DNA from: Selaginella moellendorffii | Taxonomy: Eukaryota > Plantae > Lycopodiophyta | Assembly: GCF_000143415.4 (NCBI RefSeq) | Contig: NW_003314291.1 | Location: 232,674-296,673, forward strand | Length of the DNA: 64,000 bases | Direction of reading: 5' to 3' | Program-made: the position numbers and the translations under genes | The notes under the pieces: model-generated | Told to the model about the DNA's origin: nothing | Databases searched by the model: none | What the model saw: only the letters and a program-made list of their open reading frames with translations | Part shown: positions 58,001 through 64,000 of the stretch, in pieces | Layout of the letters: each line of letters begins with the position of its first letter | Position numbering within the stretch: position 1 is the first letter of the stretch

Positions 58001-59685
58001 TGGATCTTTAAATGGTATTAATTGCTCAAGATCCCTTTGTATAAAGTGCTTCAGCTATTACATATACACATAAAGGATTAACCTATGAAACATCATGTCA
58101 AACTTTATAAACTTGTGGTTCAATTTGTCGTAACACCTAATATAGTCCTTTTTATTGAGCAAAGAACCCCTTAAACAAATATATTGTAAGATTGGGGAAA
58201 TATACTAAACCCAAGTTATCCACTTTATTCTCTATAAATGGATGGTGATAGAAGTTATGGTGCTGTTGTTGTCCTATTTATATATGGCCCAAGTGTTCAA
58301 CAAAATCCACTCAGACAAGTGGAAGAATCCTCATCAAATCTTAAGATCTGGCATTAGTAGCTCATGGCAATCATGAAAGTAAACTCAACTCCGTTGATAA
58401 TATTGAATCATAACTATATAGAAGTTTATATAATGAAGCATTAACAAAACTTTGTACCCTTGTTACATATGTATATTGAAGATATAACAAATAACCATCC
58501 CAATCTAAATGTTGAAAGTTTATATATTTTGCGATCATTCCTTTGAAAGTCCAAATAAGCCATTTCTATTACAAATGTGACGGCAAGTATCAAAAGTTAT
58601 CTATAAACTAATCCTTTTGGATATTTTTTCCTTACTACCATGACGGCAGGAAGTCAATATTGCTAAACCCTATTTTAGTCTTTGCCTAAGCTAGTTGAGA
58701 AACTAATCATCATATATGTACTTATGCCAAATAAATATAAAGTAGGAACTCTTATGTATTTCTTATTGAGTATACTCAGCCCGGTATAAGAAACTTATAT
58801 GTTGGCTTGCACTTGTTAGTGTTGGGAACCCCTGTGATATTGAGTTTGGTCCTTCAATATTTGCAAGATGATAGCTTATTGTGTTTGCCAAACACCCTCA
58901 CTATCATGTATCTTGTGTTAGTTTTGTTCAATCCTAATTACTATTTATAGAAAGTGTCTAGAATTGCTAATTTAGCATATCTACAGAATGTAGAGATTAT
59001 CCTGAACACAATGGTGTTAGTCCCACATCAAAATTCACAATCTAACTTCATTCCATATTTAATAAATTTCAAATTAGTCATAGCGACTAACTCCTAATAC
59101 TACGGGTAAAAGCCTAAAGCATATGTTCCTTGGGGGGGGGCGGGGAAGGGGGTAGGGGGGTAGGGGGTAAGAGGGTTATAGGGGGTTCCAAAGTATATCC
59201 TCGCATTAGGCCACTGGTATATTAAAATGATGCCAAATTCCATTTGACTCCATTTTGTATGCTATTGGGATGGTGGATGTTCAAGGACTATTCTAAGTCA
59301 CTCCATGCATTTGTCCCTTCGTTCTTTAGGTTATATGTTTAAGAGTTTCTCCATGCTTTGATTCCTCCGCTACTTGGCTCCACATTTAAGAGTTTGGCTT
59401 CGTTCTTTCATTTAGTGGCTTAAAGTTTTGGAACTTGGGTTTTGCTCCACTGTCCTTGAACACATGATATGTGGCACATGGCATATGAGATATGGTATAT
59501 GGAGGGTATACATTCTACTTTGTAGTTATCCTATGGTAAATCACCATAGGATAAAGGGTGAAAACCATGTGCACTATAGTTTCACTAAACTATTTGTTTG
59601 TAAATAATAAACACTTGTGAAAGTGTAGCATATCCTTAGCTAAGATGTTAAAATGTGAAATGTTTTAGCCATAAATGCAAAACCA

Positions 59686-59961
59686 TTATCCGAAACAATC
59701 CTATTTATACAAGAATGTTGGAACACTACTCAATTGAGGGGGAAGTATCTAACAATAGTTGCAAATATATTAACAAGAGCATCGACTTCCACCCACAATA
59801 TCAAATAATTAGAAGCAATAATGAAATACTTACAATCGACCATGGAAAATAATGACATACTCATTGCTAACAGTTGACCATGTTATACTATTGTTAAGTA
59901 CTTCCTCTTCAATTGAGTGGTGTTTCAACATTTTTGTCCATAGTAGATTCTCTTGAGTAAT
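59686..59961. repeat. Foldback/MITE-like inverted repeat, arms ~59686-59760 and ~59888-59961
   Basis: atgttggaacactactcaattgagggggaagtatctaacaatagt is the near reverse complement of actattgttaagtacttcctcttcaattgagtggtgtttcaacat. Confidence 0.75.
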
Positions 59962-60469
59962 AGTCCCATATTTATAGGAAAGGAAGAGGAGTAGTCCTCT
60001 GTTGTAGTGATTAAGGATGCGGTCACATGACAAGGAAGTCCTAGAGAACAAAGAGACTTAATGGTCGGGCTTATGAGCCTTGATCCAGTGGTAATGTTGA
60101 CAAAAACATTGCCACTCAGGGCTATGGACAGAAAAGGACTTGAAGGGGATCGGAAAAAAGATATTGGGGAAGGCTATTCCCATGTTTGCGAGCATCCTAA
60201 GGATGCTAAAGAGTGGATTTGGGATAATCACTCATGAACGGATGGCCTAGTCTTTGAGAGATGGGACTATGATGCAAGTGGTGTTAAACCACTAGTGTGA
60301 CCGAGGTGAAGGGACATGGCCTTAACGTAATGGGCTGATATGTCAATGGTACCTTGGGGTGTCGATCAAACATGTGGAGCACTTGGACCAAGTGCAAAGG
60401 TTAAGTGGCATGGATGCCATTCTCGAGGATAGCAAACCCTAAGTCCGGAATAGGACTTATAGAGGTTCT

Positions 60470-61062
60470 TGTAAACTCATGAGTTTGGACTTCTCGGGAA
60501 GTCACCCAGCATAGTACTATTCAAACCTAAGGATGTTTAACCCCAATTATCTCAAGACCCTTAACCGATTGAAAAAAGGGGGTGCAATCTTGTTTATGGG
60601 CCCTTTCCCTTTATATTTAAATCCTATGAATCGTCTCTCGAGTCATTCCTTTTAGTTGCTTACAATCCACCACACTTCCTTGCAAGTTCACGCCCTTATG
60701 AACGGAAACTAAGAGTTATAGCTCTCCCGAGAGCCCTGCTCTCTTGACACCCTACCCTTCGGGTCGAGTCCAGCAGGAGCAAACTGGACCAGCCAAATGT
60801 CAATCAACATAGGTGTGATTCCCCTAATTAACCAATAGAGTTGAACTTGATACCTCTCTGATACCAAATGTAAGCTTTTGAGTTTGGACTTCCCGAGAGA
60901 TCACTTAGCCCAGTACTATTCAAACCTAAGGACGCTTAACCTCAACTATCCCAAGATTCTTAACCGATTGGAAAAGGGGGTGCACTCTTGTTCATGGGCC
61001 CTTTCCCTTTATATTTAAATCCTATGGATCGTCTCTCGAGTCTTTTCCTTTAATTGCTTACA
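60470..61062 (-). mobile_element. Complete Cassandra-type TRIM (non-autonomous LTR retrotransposon with 5S-rRNA-derived LTR segments)
   Basis: LTRs 60470-60664 and 60869-61062 (TGTAA...TTACA); TSD GTTCT at 60465-60469 and 61063-61067; PBS TGGTATCAGAG at 60866-60856; purine-rich tract before the 3' LTR; LTRs contain GTTAAGCGTCCTTAGG..TAGTACT..GTGA..CGGGAAGTCC, similar to 5S rRNA. Confidence 0.93.
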
Positions 61063-61440
61063 GTTCTGAGTGAGACTCCTCCAAACAATCGGAAGTGTGG
61101 TTAAGTGACTAAAGTAGAATGGAAAATCTAGTTGCTTACACACTTGCTTTTGTATATATATATTTCATTTCCATATTCTATGTCCATATTCCATGCATTC
61201 ATTATTTTATAATAAATATATATTTTTAATTTATTGATTTGGTGGATCTTCATTCATATCATTCATAAAGAAATTCTTCCTGGCGACTGCATAGTACCAT
61301 AAGGATATAGCAAGGAAATAAAAGACCATTACAAAGAAAAAAAGAGACCAAGATATAAATGCTCTCTCATCTTAAACAATTACTTCTATTTAATTAAAAA
61401 ATTTATGGTTTTTTAATTTCAGCTTAAATTATTTTTGTTA

Positions 61441-62808
<1,368 letters not shown>

Positions 62809-63228
62809 TCTTCCTTATATAATGCTCATATTTCTAAATAGCATATAGATAGATAAATGTCATCCATGAAAATGAGAACCACCCCTAACTCTGTGCTGGA
62901 AGTTCATTTGGATGCCACCAAATCACATCACTACTGTGTGGTAGCGACCATTCTGGCTTTGTCCTTTTCGTTTTGAGTGAGGAAGAGCCACAACTTAGCT
63001 CCGAGTTTTCCAGAGGGTTATTCAAAGTGATGCACGTTGAAACCTGCTTGCCAGTGGAGAGAACTTCGAGCGTCCAGAAAGAGGCTCTTCCGCTTAATGC
63101 CAACTCTGAGGTTTTCCTCCTGCAATCCCGAATATCATCACAGAAAAAAGAAAACAAAGAACGTACCAGCTCGATTATCCAGCTTTTCATGCTCTGCTTT
63201 GACGGCAGCTACAATCGTGCTCGCTGCC

Positions 63229-64000
63229 TTACAGTAATAGGACGACCAGTAACACAACGACCAGTTCTCTGGGATTACTTAGCACGGACGCTCCCAAAGA
63301 TACCGCTGCTGCACAGAAACAAGTTAAATCCTCGAGAATATGTTTCTTTTGACGAACTTACACAAGCGGCAGGGAATGCTGACGAGCTTTCCAGCGACGG
63401 GCTCAGAAGCGTTGAGAGCCGGATTCGCCATCTGGATGTCCGAGATGATCGTCGAGCACTTGACAGCAATCGATGGCAGCGTATCACCGTCCACGGCCTT
63501 GTAGGCAACTCCACAGGGTCCACAGCCAACGTCCTCGTCGTGGCAAGGAATGCTAAGAACGTCTCCAAACGCTACGTCGGCGAGCTTGATGTTGGTGGCT
63601 TCCTGGATACCTTTGACGCTCACGCCACAAACCCTCGCGACCGTGGCTAGATCGACTGCCACCAGAGGCGATACAGTAGATCCGCAGATGGAGCAGCTTC
63701 TCAGTGGAGCGGGAGAGTCCTCGCAGGGGATTGCCAAGCTCTGACCCGGGTAGATCACTCCATTCTCCGGTATGCCGTTTGCATAGGAGACCAAGGCCGG
63801 TGTCACGTTGCACAGCTTGGCTACGTCGAAAACGCTCGAGCTGTTCTTCACGACGATGGTGGTATCACAAAGGTGGCCGCTGCATTTGATCCCTGGAGCT
63901 GTCCGCTGCTTGCATGGGATCGTCAAACGCTGGCCGGGCTGGAGATCGTCCAAGTCAGTGGAAGGATTGCTGGCCTGGAGATCGATGAAGCCCACTCGGC
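63229..64000 (-). CDS. Multi-LysM protein, probably GPI-anchored; 5' end lies outside the window
   Basis: At least four LysM-like units ending PGQRLTIPC, PGQSLAIPC, GDVLSIPC and GKLVSIPC; intron 63361-63309 adds SAVSLGASVLSNPRELVVVLLVVLLL*. Confidence 0.85.

Overview
Compact eukaryotic nuclear DNA with GT-AG introns of mostly 50-100 bp and intergenic gaps often under 200 bp. The gene content and compactness suggest a non-seed vascular plant such as Selaginella (inference only). About 20 intact genes are present: F-box/LRR, LMW-PTP-like, FMN/FHY, IRX14-like GT43, DUF688, nucleotide-sugar transporter, TPP, MIC60, HSP70, RPL36, WCRKC thioredoxin, PHP phosphatase, a 3-copy IFRD array, SPCS3, alpha-tubulin, PTB, a DREB/ERF factor and a partial multi-LysM protein. 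AT-rich islands carry retroelement debris, a complete 5S-bearing Cassandra TRIM, NB-ARC/TWD40/LRR/AAA pseudogene fragments and a 1.4-kb TA/TATG microsatellite. The most striking observations are: (1) a ~0.8-kb cassette holding a small secreted-protein ORF, bracketed by the two halves of one tRNA-Ala(AGC) in circularly permuted order and split with no gap or overlap inside the anticodon; (2) a 3-member family of small secreted Cys-rich peptides (C-x2/3-C-x-C-x2-C-x-C modules), largely hidden from the ORF track by frameshifts; (3) two apparent pseudoenzymes (LMW-PTP Cys->Ser; GT43 lacking the DDxN motif); (4) a candidate poison exon in PTB. All family assignments come from motif recognition by eye, not database searches.
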